Source of the DNA: Chloroflexota bacterium
Lineage (GTDB): Bacteria; Chloroflexota; Limnocylindria; P2-11E
Length of the DNA: 58,524 nt
NCBI GenBank assembly: GCA_005889445.1
Contig: VBGS01000095.1
Location: forward strand, 1-58,524
Direction of reading: 5' to 3'
Under the pieces are notes generated by a model. That model made no database searches. It was not told the DNA's origin and worked only from the letters and a program-made list of their open reading frames with translations. Of this stretch, positions 36,627 through 44,989 are shown piece after piece. The translations under genes and the position numbers were made by a program. Numbering within the stretch: the first letter of the stretch is position 1; every line of letters begins with the position of its first letter.

Positions 36627-38117
36627 GTGAGCAGGGGAAGTGCACTTCGTTCGTTCGCCCTGCTCGCGATGCTCATCTTCGGGTGCACCTCAGCCCCTCG
36701 GACGACCGAGCCTGCTCCCGACGTCTTCTTTCCTGACGATCACGGCGTCCACGCCGCGCGGCCGGCGGACCCGCTGCGCTGCACTGACCGCGCGACGATC
36801 CCCCTGATCGAGCACGTCACCGGTACGAAGTGGTCGCCGGACTCAAGCGCGGTCGCGGTGTCGCGAGTCGTGACCATCCCGTCAAGCACGACGATCACGG
36901 GGTACGAGGAGGACTCGCGCATCACGGTCCTGAGCGTCCGGACCGGCGCGGTGCGCGAGCTGGGCCAGGGCAACCGACCGGAATGGTCGGGCTCCGGGGC
37001 GTATCTGTCGTATTGGCGCGACAACGGGCTGCTCTACGTGAACCTGAATGGCACGATCGCCGCGCGGATCGAGACGTCCGAGCCAGAGGTCCGCTGGAAC
37101 GGCGACGACCTCTACTACTGGTACGCCGACGAGATCCGCGTCTGGCATGCGGGTGAGACGACGGTGGCGTCGCGCGTCGATCCGGAGTTCATGCTCCGCT
37201 ACCCGCACGACGACGCATATTTCAGCGCCGACGCCGCGCTGTTCACGTTCACCCGCTACTCGCTGGACGGCAGCGCCGAGCGCTGGGTCGGAGAGACCAA
37301 CACCGGTCAGGTCGCACCGCTGGACGAGCCGGGCGCGACCTTCACGGAGTGGGCTCCCCGCGGCGAGACCCTCCTGGTCCGATCGAACGAGACGCTCGTA
37401 CTGCGTGGCCCGGAGGGAGCGCGCGCGACCGCGCCGCTCGCTTCGTTCGGCGGGACGGTGCACGGCTGGACCGCGGACGGCCATCTTCTCGTGGGCGCGG
37501 TCTCGGCGACGGTCCCGGGCGGCAACACGTTCGACTCGCTCGCCGAGTGGGATCCGTTCGGGGGCCACAAAGCGGCGGCGGCGCTCCCGAACCTCTTCGG
37601 GGCGCGCATGTTCAGCCCGGATGGCGCGTTCTTCGCGGGAGTCTCGCGGACCGGGCTGTACACCACGCAGCTCGAGCTGTTTCGCTGCGGGGTCACGGGC
37701 GGAGTCGCGGCCGATCTCCGCGCCGACCCGGCGGCTCGCTCGCGCCAGGCGCGCATCGATCAGGACCAGCGGAGGTTCGTACGTCCGGTCGCCGGAGCGA
37801 TCACCCAGTTCCTGCAGGGCTCCCACACGGGCATCGATATCGCCGCGCCCGTGGGCTCGATCATCGTGTCCGCCGACGATGGCGTCGTGACGGATGTCGG
37901 ATGGGTGGCGGTCGGCGGGCGCCGGGTATGCGTGCAGCATGCCGATGAGATCGAGAGCTGCTACTACCACACGTCCGCGGCCCTCGTCACGATCGGGTCC
38001 CGCGTCGCGCGCGGACAGCCGATCGCGCTCATCGGGATGACCGGGGTCACGACCGGGCCGCACGTCCATTGGGAAGTCAAGAAGGCCGAGAGGATCGTCG
38101 ATCCGCTGAGCCTCTAG
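36627..38117 (+). CDS. lipoprotein-like propeller domain fused to an M23 metallopeptidase
   Basis: Signal FALLAMLIFGC. TolB-like middle region. C-terminal ...GSHTGIDIAAPVGSIIVSADDGVV...GMTGVTTGPHVHWEV, with HxxxD and HxH. Confidence 0.8.
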   Translation: MSRGSALRSFALLAMLIFGCTSAPRTTEPAPDVFFPDDHGVHAARPADPLRCTDRATIPLIEHVTGTKWSPDSSAVAVSRVVTIPSSTTITGYEEDSRITVLSVRTGAVRELGQGNRPEWSGSGAYLSYWRDNGLLYVNLNGTIAARIETSEPEVRWNGDDLYYWYADEIRVWHAGETTVASRVDPEFMLRYPHDDAYFSADAALFTFTRYSLDGSAERWVGETNTGQVAPLDEPGATFTEWAPRGETLLVRSNETLVLRGPEGARATAPLASFGGTVHGWTADGHLLVGAVSATVPGGNTFDSLAEWDPFGGHKAAAALPNLFGARMFSPDGAFFAGVSRTGLYTTQLELFRCGVTGGVAADLRADPAARSRQARIDQDQRRFVRPVAGAITQFLQGSHTGIDIAAPVGSIIVSADDGVVTDVGWVAVGGRRVCVQHADEIESCYYHTSAALVTIGSRVARGQPIALIGMTGVTTGPHVHWEVKKAERIVDPLSL

Positions 38118-38126
38118 GTTTAGCGC

Positions 38127-38669
38127 GTGATCCGAGCGCTCCTCGCCGTCGTCGGCATCGCCGCTCTGGTCATCATCGTTCTGGCCGCGCTCGGGTTCTT
38201 CGGACCGACGAACACGTCGCAGCCGGCGCCCTCGGCGACCCGGACCGCGGCGCGGTCCGCATCCGCCACCGCGTCCGCGAGCTCGCGAACGACGGTCACC
38301 CTGACGATCACCGAGCAGCAGCTCACCGATGCCGCGAGCGCGAGCATGCCGATGACGGTCTCGGGGATCACGGTCACGGATCCGAACGTTCGGCTTGCGT
38401 CGGGACGCGCGACGCTGACCGCCACCGGGCATGCCTTCTTCGTGAGCGGCACGATCGTCGTCGTCGCGACGCCGGTAGTGACGAACGGCGAAGCGGCGGC
38501 GCGGGTCGAATCGGCGACCTTCGCCGGGATCGGGCTCTCGGACGCGACGAAGCAGGACATCGCCGACACGTTCACTCGAACGCTGCGCTCGAACATCCCG
38601 GCCGGCGTCCGCGTGACGTCGATCACCGTGAACGCAGGTACGCTCGTCGTCGAGGCGGGTCCAGCGTGA
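38127..38669 (+). CDS. membrane-anchored hypothetical protein
   Basis: N-terminal TM helix LLAVVGIAALVIIVLAALGFF, a Ser/Thr/Ala-rich linker, then a beta-rich domain. No family recognised. Confidence 0.5.
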   Translation: MIRALLAVVGIAALVIIVLAALGFFGPTNTSQPAPSATRTAARSASATASASSRTTVTLTITEQQLTDAASASMPMTVSGITVTDPNVRLASGRATLTATGHAFFVSGTIVVVATPVVTNGEAAARVESATFAGIGLSDATKQDIADTFTRTLRSNIPAGVRVTSITVNAGTLVVEAGPA

Positions 38670-38718
38670 TCGCGAGGGAACTGCGATGATGACCCCCGCG
38701 ACGTCTGGGGAGGTCGAG

Positions 38719-38871
38719 ATGGACTGGATCGAAGCGCTTTTCGGCATCTCACCTGACGCGGGGAGCGGGACGCTCGAAGCGCTCACCGCTGGCGCTCTTG
38801 TCGCGGTGATCCTCGGTGTGATCTTCGGTCTGCGCGCGCGGCAGGGGCGGGCCGCCGAAAGGCGCCGCTAA
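38719..38871 (+). CDS. small membrane protein (MDWIEALFGISPD... type)
   Basis: GGGGAGG RBS 6 nt upstream of ATG 38719. MDWIEALFGISPDAGSGTLEALTAGALVAVILGVIFGL.... Confidence 0.5.
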   Translation: MDWIEALFGISPDAGSGTLEALTAGALVAVILGVIFGLRARQGRAAERRR

Positions 38872-40260
38872 GCCAAGACACCACGGAGCTCTCGCTCCAG
38901 GAAGCCGCCCGGCTCGTCCAGGCGCGAGAGATCTCGCCCATCGAGCTCGCGGAGGCGTGCCTTCGGCGGATCGACGCGGTCGAGCCGGAGCTGAACGCCT
39001 TCATCACCGTGACCGGCGATCTCGCGCGCGCGTCCGCCCGCGAGGCCGAGCGCGAGATCATCGCGGGGCGGTACCGGGGAGCGCTGCACGGCATTCCGAT
39101 CGCGGTGAAAGACCTCTTCGCGACAGTCGGAATACGAACGACCGCCGGCTCGCGGATCCTCCGCGACTGCGGTCGCGGTGCTTCTCGGCAAGCTCGGCAT
39201 GCACGAGTTCGCGTATGGGATCAGCTCGGTGAACCCGCACTTCGGTGACGTTCACAACCCGTGGGATCCGACCCGCATCCCGGGCGGATCGTCCGGGGGA
39301 TCGGCCGTCGCGGTCGTCGCCGGCGAGGCGTACGGAACACTGGGGAGCGACACCGGCGGGAGCATCCGCATCCCCGCCTCGCTCTGCGGGTGCGTCGGGA
39401 TCAAGCCAACGTACGGCCGCGTCAGTCTGTCGGGAGCGGTGCCGCTCTCGTGGTCGCTCGATCATCCGGGACCCCTGTCGCGGACGGTCCGCGACGCGTC
39501 GGTGCTGACGGCGGCGATCGCGGGACACGACGACGACGATCCCGTGAGCTCTGACCGTCCGGTGCCGGACCTCCTCGGTGGAATCGATGCGGGTCCGCGC
39601 GGGCTTCGCGTCGGGGTGCCGAGGGAGTGGGTCTGGGAGGAATGCGACGCGGCGATCGCGGCGATGGTGCGGACCGCGATCGAGACGCTCGCGCTGGCGG
39701 GTGCGGACGTCCGCGAGGTCTCCTGGCCGCGGGCGGCGGCCTACGCGCGCGCGGCGAGCGATGTGCTGTCGATCGAAGCGCGCGCCTACCACGACGGGAC
39801 CTACCCTGGGCGAGAAAGCGAGTACGGCCCGCTGATCGCGGCGCGGCTGCGCGCAGCGCGCGACACCAGCGCGGACAGGTACGCGGAGGGGCTGCGGCTC
39901 CTCCGCGAGGCGCGTTCGGGCGTCGCCGACGCCGATCTGGTCGGCGTCGATGTCCTCGCGATGCCGGCGGTGCCGTGGCGAGCATGGACGATCGCGGAAG
40001 CGAAGGAGATCGGACGCCCGAGCGAGTGGACGCGGAACACGCGCATCTTCGACCTGACCGGCCAGCCAGCGATCTCGGTGCCCTGCGGCTTCGATCCCGA
40101 TGGCATCCCGGTCGGCCTGCAGCTCGCCGGGCGGATGTGGGACGAGGCCGCGGTGCTACGCGCCGCGCGTGCGTTCGAGCTGGTGCGCGGACCGTTCCCG
40201 CTGCCAGACCGAGGCGGCAAGCGCCAGCAGCAGGAGCGACTGGGCGACCGGCTCGCCTGA
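38872..40260 (+). pseudogene. amidase-signature (GatA-like) enzyme with no start codon and a frameshift
   Basis: TELSLQEAARLVQAREISPIEL...GIPIAVKDLFATVGIRTTAGSRILRD is in frame 0. ...AVLLGKLGMHEFAYG...[11 protein letters not shown]...[12 protein letters not shown] is in frame +1, with the junction at ~39160-39180. There is no ATG, GTG or TTG between the in-frame TGA at 38754 and codon 39009. Confidence 0.6.
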
Positions 40261-40389
40261 ATCGAACGAGCCGCGGACGAAGAGCACGATGAGGCCGACG
40301 ATCGCCGCGATGACGACGAGACAGCCGCAGCCGGTCATACGCTGCGACGCTACGGCGTTCGGTACGATCGCGTGCGGGGAGGTGCGCTC

Positions 40390-40950
40390 GTGACGAGAGA
40401 CGAAGCGTGGGAGCTCCTCTGCGAGCACACGAGGTCTGAGAGCCTCCGCAAGCACGGCCTGGCGGTCGAAGCGGCGATGCGCTATTTCGCGGCGCGCGGC
40501 GGCGAGAACGAGGAGACCTGGGCGATCACCGGTCTGCTCCACGACTTCGACTACGAGCGCGACCCCGCAGGTCATCCGCAGAACGGGAAACCCATCCTCG
40601 AGCAGGCTGGCGTCCCCGGGCCGATCGTTCACGCGATCCAGAGCCACGGCGACCATACCGGGGTGCCGCGGGCCACCGCGATGGAAAAGACGCTCTACGC
40701 GGTCGATGAGCTGTGCGGGTTCGTGACCGCGGTCGCCCTGGTGAAGCCGTCGAAGGCCGTGCGCGACGTCACTGCCTCGTCCGTCCGGAAGAAGATGAAG
40801 GACAAGGCATTCGCGCGCGCGGTGAGTCGGGAGATGATGCTGAACGGCGCCGCCGACATGGGCATCCCCTTCGACGACCTGGTCGGTGAGGTCGTTCGAG
40901 CGATGGACGCCGTCGCCGACCGGCTCGGTCTTGAGGGCGTGGCCGCCTGA
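40390..40950 (+). CDS. HD/HDIG-domain phosphohydrolase
   Basis: GGGGAGG RBS before GTG 40390. VTRDEAWELLCEHT...HGLAVEAAM...GLLHDFDYE...IQSHGDHTG. Confidence 0.75.
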   Translation: MTRDEAWELLCEHTRSESLRKHGLAVEAAMRYFAARGGENEETWAITGLLHDFDYERDPAGHPQNGKPILEQAGVPGPIVHAIQSHGDHTGVPRATAMEKTLYAVDELCGFVTAVALVKPSKAVRDVTASSVRKKMKDKAFARAVSREMMLNGAADMGIPFDDLVGEVVRAMDAVADRLGLEGVAA

Positions 40951-41405
40951 CCGACGACCCGTGCGGCCGCGGCCGCGCGCGTCGTGACGCCGAGGGTCGC
41001 GCGTGCACGCCGGATGTGCGTGTTCACGCTGTTCGGGGTGATACCGAGCGCGAGCGCGATCTCCTTCGTCGTCCGGCCCGCCGCCACGGCGATCAGGACC
41101 TCGCGCTGGCGCTCGGAGAGCGGATCTCCCGCAGCCCGTCGCACGAGGACACCGCGCGAGAAGAGCGCGCGGCGCTCCGACGTCCGGACGACCTCGTGCT
41201 CGAAGCGCTCGAGAAAGAGCTGTCCCCCGCAGCGCGGGCAGAGCGGCTGCTCGGCCTCGTCCCAGTTCGGCTGCTCGCGGCCGGTGGTGCGCTCGTAGGC
41301 GGCGCGAAGCTGCTCGATGGTGGGACGGCGCGCGCTCGTCGGCACGAGCACCTCGCCCAGACCGTGACCGCAGAAGTAGCAATAGAGCTCAGCTCGTAGC
41401 GCCAT
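40695..41405 (-). CDS. LuxR-family regulator with N-terminal zinc-ribbon
   Basis: GGAGGAA RBS. MALRAELYCYFCGHG...CPRCGG has two CxxC pairs. ...LSERQREVLIAVAAGRTTKEIALALGITPNSVNTHIRRA is the GerE HTH. The ORF continues ~85 codons past the HTH, antisense to the HD gene. Confidence 0.65.
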   Translation of the reverse strand: MALRAELYCYFCGHGLGEVLVPTSARRPTIEQLRAAYERTTGREQPNWDEAEQPLCPRCGGQLFLERFEHEVVRTSERRALFSRGVLVRRAAGDPLSERQREVLIAVAAGRTTKEIALALGITPNSVNTHIRRARATLGVTTRAAAAARVVGQAATPSRPSRSATASIARTTSPTRSSKGMPMSAAPFSIISRLTARANALSFIFFRTDEAVTSRTAFDGFTRATAVTNPHSSSTA

Positions 41406-41560
41406 GTCGCGATTCCTCCACCCCCGAAAACGACTGACGTCGACTCTTTGTTCCATACCGCGCAGGGGGCGTGCCGGTTTTGTATCCCTACATACGCGCC
41501 GGCGAGGGCGGTGGTTGCGTCCGCGGCCCCAACAGGGGCGTGTTCTTAAAGGCTCTTTAG

Positions 41561-42016
41561 TTAGCTCGCCTCGACCTGGAGCGAGACCAGCGATCCCGCG
41601 TCCCGCAGGTAGGTCAGCTGACGGATCACGCCGCGGGGAATGATGTGGAAGTCGTTGTGGCGGTAGTCGCGGCCTTCGTTGGTGATGTCGTAGTCGCCGA
41701 CGACGACGACGTAGTCCGCCGTCTCCTTCCAGAGGAGCCCGCAGGTCAGCTTACGCAGCCGGTACGGCTCGAAGTCGTCGGGGAGGGCCGTCCGCGAGTA
41801 GGCGGTGATGTCCTCCCACTCGACGGCAACGAGTGGCGCGGTGATCTCGTCCACGTCCCTTCCCTCTACGACCTCGGCGGTCGTCCGCTCATCGGTACAC
41901 GGGACCGTCGGACCGACATTTCCGCGTACAGCGCGCGACGATAATTCCGCGCCAATTCGTGTCAATGGGAAACGAGGGTGGATCCCGATCGGAATCGGAT
42001 CGGTCGCGCGCGTCAT
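41561..42016 (-). CDS. hypothetical protein
   Basis: 151-aa ORF, ...LVAVEWEDITAYSRTALPDDFEPYRLRKLTCGLLWKETADYVVVVGDYDITNEGRDYRHNDFHIIPRG.... No family recognised and the start is uncertain. Confidence 0.4.
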   Translation of the reverse strand: MTRATDPIPIGIHPRFPLTRIGAELSSRAVRGNVGPTVPCTDERTTAEVVEGRDVDEITAPLVAVEWEDITAYSRTALPDDFEPYRLRKLTCGLLWKETADYVVVVGDYDITNEGRDYRHNDFHIIPRGVIRQLTYLRDAGSLVSLQVEAS

Positions 42017-42066
42017 GCCTGTTCGCGCGCTTCCTCGGTCGCTCTCCGAACCGTCAACGAAGGTGG

Positions 42067-42405
42067 TTATGTCGCCTGCCTGCCTCTCGCGATCAGCTCG
42101 GCGACCTTCTGACCACCCTTCTTGCCGATCTCCTCGAAGTGCTCGTGTCCATATTTCTCGGAGACCGTGTCGCCACCTATTTTTCCGATGCGGCCGTAGA
42201 ACCGAGGACCGTAAAGCTCCTTGACCTTCTGCCCGCCCTGCTTCCCGATCTGCTCGTAGAAGTCCGAACCGTGCCTCTGCGCGGTCGTCTTGCCGCCTTT
42301 CTTGCCGATCTGCTCGTAGAACTCAGGGCCGTGACGCTGTGCGGTCGTCGCACCGCCACGTCGTCCCGCCTCGGCCACTGTCATCGCGCCTTTGTTCCGC
42401 GTCAT
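42067..42405 (-). CDS. KGG-repeat general-stress protein (GsiB/Em-like)
   Basis: MTRNKGAMTVAEAGRRGG..., then four ~20-aa repeats of the form GGxTTAQRHGxEFYEQIGKKGG. ATG 42405 has a GAGAGG RBS. Confidence 0.75.
   Translation of the reverse strand: MTRNKGAMTVAEAGRRGGATTAQRHGPEFYEQIGKKGGKTTAQRHGSDFYEQIGKQGGQKVKELYGPRFYGRIGKIGGDTVSEKYGHEHFEEIGKKGGQKVAELIARGRQAT
42121..42360 (-). repeat. four in-phase 60-nt tandem units encoding the KGG repeats
   Basis: Units 42241-42300 and 42301-42360 are near-identical (cttSccgatctgctcgtagaa...gcggtcgtc...). Units 42121-42180 and 42181-42240 are more diverged. Confidence 0.7.
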
Positions 42406-42541
42406 GCAGCACCTCTCTTCACGGGTGCCAGGTCGACCGCGCGCCTTCCCGGCTAGGTGCCGATGGGTGGCTGCAAGGCGCATGCCATCGCTCGGACGGC
42501 CGCTCAGATCTCGACCGGTCAGGCGGACGGTTGTAGAACGA

Positions 42542-43126
42542 TCAGCCGCCGATGCGCATCGAAAGCGTGCATAGGTCTGGACACCCGAGTGCTCGCCGCG
42601 TCGCGTTCGAAAGGTCGAGGGCTCGGCCCACGACGTACGGGCCGCGATCGATCACCGGCACGGTAACCCGATTTGCGCCGTAGCTCAGAACCACGATCGT
42701 CCCGCAGGGCAGCGTGCGATGAGCGACCCCGAGGATCTCGGCCGTGTATGTCTGGCCGCACGCGGTGCGGTTCCCATAGAAGCCGGGGCCGTACCACGAC
42801 GCGAGCACGATGCCCGCCGTCGGCGGAGGCTCGAGCGAAGGAAGCAGAAGAGGCTGTGGCGGAGACGTCTTTGTCGGCGGTCGTGGCGCTAGCGTGGGCT
42901 CGGGTGTCGCTTCGGGCAGCGTTTCGATCGCTGCGACCGCTACTGGTATCAGCCCGTCGCGGACGAGGCGCGGCGCGCGGGCGACACCCTGCACGCCGCT
43001 CGCTTCGACCGTGGTCGGAGTGACAACGTCGCTCTTCGCGGGCTCGGCGTGCCCTCCTACGAACGGTACCGCCAGAGTGAACGCGAACGCGAAGAGCCCC
43101 ACGCGGGCTAGTGGCTCCCCGACCAT
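42542..43126 (-). CDS. RlpA-like (DPBB) lytic transglycosylase-family protein
   Basis: Signal-like N-terminus, Pro-rich linker, then ...ASWYGPGFYGNRTACGQTYTAEILGVAHRTLPCGTIVVLSYGANRVTVPVIDRGPYVVGRALDLS. Confidence 0.75.
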   Translation of the reverse strand: MVGEPLARVGLFAFAFTLAVPFVGGHAEPAKSDVVTPTTVEASGVQGVARAPRLVRDGLIPVAVAAIETLPEATPEPTLAPRPPTKTSPPQPLLLPSLEPPPTAGIVLASWYGPGFYGNRTACGQTYTAEILGVAHRTLPCGTIVVLSYGANRVTVPVIDRGPYVVGRALDLSNATRRALGCPDLCTLSMRIGG

Positions 43127-43241
43127 CGCGAGTGGGAGTTAGCAAGAGCGGTTCCACCATGTGTCGATTTCGTGAACACGTCGTAACCGCGCTGACAGCG
43201 GACGTGCGTAGTGACCCCGCCTGCGGAAGGTTTCTCGCGAT
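43125..43241 (-). promoter_or_regulatory. structured leader, candidate ydaO/c-di-AMP-class riboswitch
   Basis: On the minus-strand RNA, 5' AUCGCGAG (43241-43234) pairs perfectly with 3' CUCGCGAU (43132-43125), which includes the AU of the RlpA AUG. Inside are ...GCGGGGUCAC..., a CAG(G)CGG/CCGCUG helix, ...GGUGGAACC... and ...GCUAACUCC.... By eye this resembles AUCGC..GCGGGGGACCCA..GGGGUGAAUCC..CAGCUAACCUCGUAAGCG of the B. subtilis ydaO leader, quoted from memory. Confidence 0.35.
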
Positions 43242-43268
43242 ACGAAGTCGTTACGCCGAGAAATCTCG

Positions 43269-43856
43269 TTACACGGGGGCGGCGACGACGACGAACCGCG
43301 GGTCGGTGCGGTCTGGTCCGGTCGATGTCTGCAGCGTGAGCCGCTCCGTCGGACTGGGTTGGATCCAGCTCGTGTCGTCCGGGGACACGCGCGGATGGAC
43401 CTCGGTGACGACGTACTTGAGCGCGGTGCCGGCGGGTGTGCTGACGAAGACCTCATCGCCGACGCGCGCGTTCCAGAGTGTGAGGAACATGCCGCGGCGC
43501 GCGTGCGCGTAGAGGTACGTGTTACCGCCCTCTCCCGGAACCGCGGTGCCCGGAAGATGGAACGCGAAGTTCTCGGGGGTCTGCTGCACGACCACATCAC
43601 GCTCGACATCGCCTTCCGCGATCGGGAGATCGATGCCGAGCCGCGGTACCTGCACGCGGTAGCCATCTGCGATCGGCGCGAGGGTCGGCGACGCCGCGGG
43701 CGCGCTCGGCGGCGGCGTCGATCCGGCAACGGCGGCGACCGATGAGCTGGGCCCGGTGCTGACCGCGTCGGATCGCGGCTGTCCACCAGCCGCGAAGACA
43801 ACGATGCCCGCGATAACGAGCGCGGCACCGGCGAGCGCGATGTATGGACGACCCAT
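43269..43856 (-). CDS. sortase-fold protein with Ser at the catalytic Cys position
   Basis: N-terminal TM helix (YIALAGAALVIAGIVVFAAG). ...NTYLYAHARRGMFLTLWNARVGDEVFV...KYVVTEV...ERLTLQTSTGP...RFVVVAAPV. The His and Arg positions are kept. The TLxTC motif reads TLQTS, with Ser codon TCG at 43323-43325. Confidence 0.55.
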   Translation of the reverse strand: MGRPYIALAGAALVIAGIVVFAAGGQPRSDAVSTGPSSSVAAVAGSTPPPSAPAASPTLAPIADGYRVQVPRLGIDLPIAEGDVERDVVVQQTPENFAFHLPGTAVPGEGGNTYLYAHARRGMFLTLWNARVGDEVFVSTPAGTALKYVVTEVHPRVSPDDTSWIQPSPTERLTLQTSTGPDRTDPRFVVVAAPV

Positions 43857-43881
43857 CGGGCTATCCTCGCGTGCACACCCG

Positions 43882-44988
43882 ATGCCGACCGAACGAGCGA
43901 GCTTCGCCGACCGACGCGCCCGCGCCGCGGCGAAGCTGCGCGAGCGATCGATTGCCGCGCTCCTCGTCACGCCCGGGGCCGACCTTCTCTATCTGACCGG
44001 CTACCAGATGTTCCCCACCGAACGGCTCACCTGCCTCGTCGTGGCGCGCGACGGCGCGGCCACGCTGGTGTGCCCCGAGCTCGAGGCGCCGCGAGCCGCC
44101 CACGCGGCGCCGGACCTGGGACGTGTGACCTGGGGAGAGACCGACGATCCGTTTTCCGTCGTCGCCACGCTCGTGCGCGGCGATGGTGCGATCGCGCTCG
44201 CTGATCAGATGTGGGCCGCGTTCGTTCTTCGACTCGAGGCGGCGCTCCCGAACCGGGAATTCCGCGTCGCGTCCGAGCTCACACGCGAGCTGCGGATGCG
44301 GAAAGACGCCTCCGAGCGCGAGGCGCTGCGGCTCGCGTCGGAGTCCGCTGATCGCGCCTACGTCAGGGTCCTGGACGAACCGTTCGCGGGACGAGCCGAG
44401 CGCGAGATCGGCGAGGCGCTCGCGCACGCACTCCGTGACGAGGGCCACGACGAGGTCGGGTTCACGATCGTCGCATCGGGTCCCAACGGCGCCTCGCCGC
44501 ATCACGAGACCGGCGACCGACGCATCGCGCCGGGCGACACGGTCGTCCTCGACTTCGGCGGCGCGATGGACGGCTATCGCTCGGACATCAGCCGGACCGT
44601 GCACGTCGGACGCGACGTCGACCTGGAGCAGCGCCGCGTCCACGAGGTCGTGCGTCGCGCGCAGCAGGCGGGCTACGCCGCCGCGAAAGAAGGGGCGACC
44701 GCGGAATCGGTGGATGCGGCCTCGCGAGCGGTCATCGAGGAGGCGGGGTACGGGAAGTTCTTCATCCACCGGACGGGGCACGGGATCGGCCTCGACGGGC
44801 ACGAGCATCCGTACCTCGTTCGCGGGAACCGCGAGCGGCTCGAGCCGGGCATGGCGTTCTCGATCGAACCCGGTGTCTACCTGCCGGGTCGCTTCGGTGT
44901 GCGCATCGAAGACGTCGCGATCATCGATGACGACGGTTCCGTTCGCCCGCTCAATCGCGCCGACCACGCCTTCGCCGTCGTCGGGTAG
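43882..44988 (+). CDS. M24-family Xaa-Pro aminopeptidase
   Basis: ...VVLDFGGAMDGYRSDISRT...HRTGHGIGLDGHEHP...FSIEPGVY...RIEDV are the metal ligands of the pita-bread fold. ATG 43882. Confidence 0.85.
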   Translation: MPTERASFADRRARAAAKLRERSIAALLVTPGADLLYLTGYQMFPTERLTCLVVARDGAATLVCPELEAPRAAHAAPDLGRVTWGETDDPFSVVATLVRGDGAIALADQMWAAFVLRLEAALPNREFRVASELTRELRMRKDASEREALRLASESADRAYVRVLDEPFAGRAEREIGEALAHALRDEGHDEVGFTIVASGPNGASPHHETGDRRIAPGDTVVLDFGGAMDGYRSDISRTVHVGRDVDLEQRRVHEVVRRAQQAGYAAAKEGATAESVDAASRAVIEEAGYGKFFIHRTGHGIGLDGHEHPYLVRGNRERLEPGMAFSIEPGVYLPGRFGVRIEDVAIIDDDGSVRPLNRADHAFAVVG

Positions 44989-44989
44989 C

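Noticed and set aside
40156-40337. 60-codon minus-strand ORF beginning MTGCGCLVVIAAIVGLIVLFV between the amidase and HD genes
   Set aside because: Only the first ~25 codons are intergenic. The rest is antisense to the amidase 3' end and has no RBS. It is probably not a gene, although a very short TM peptide cannot be excluded.
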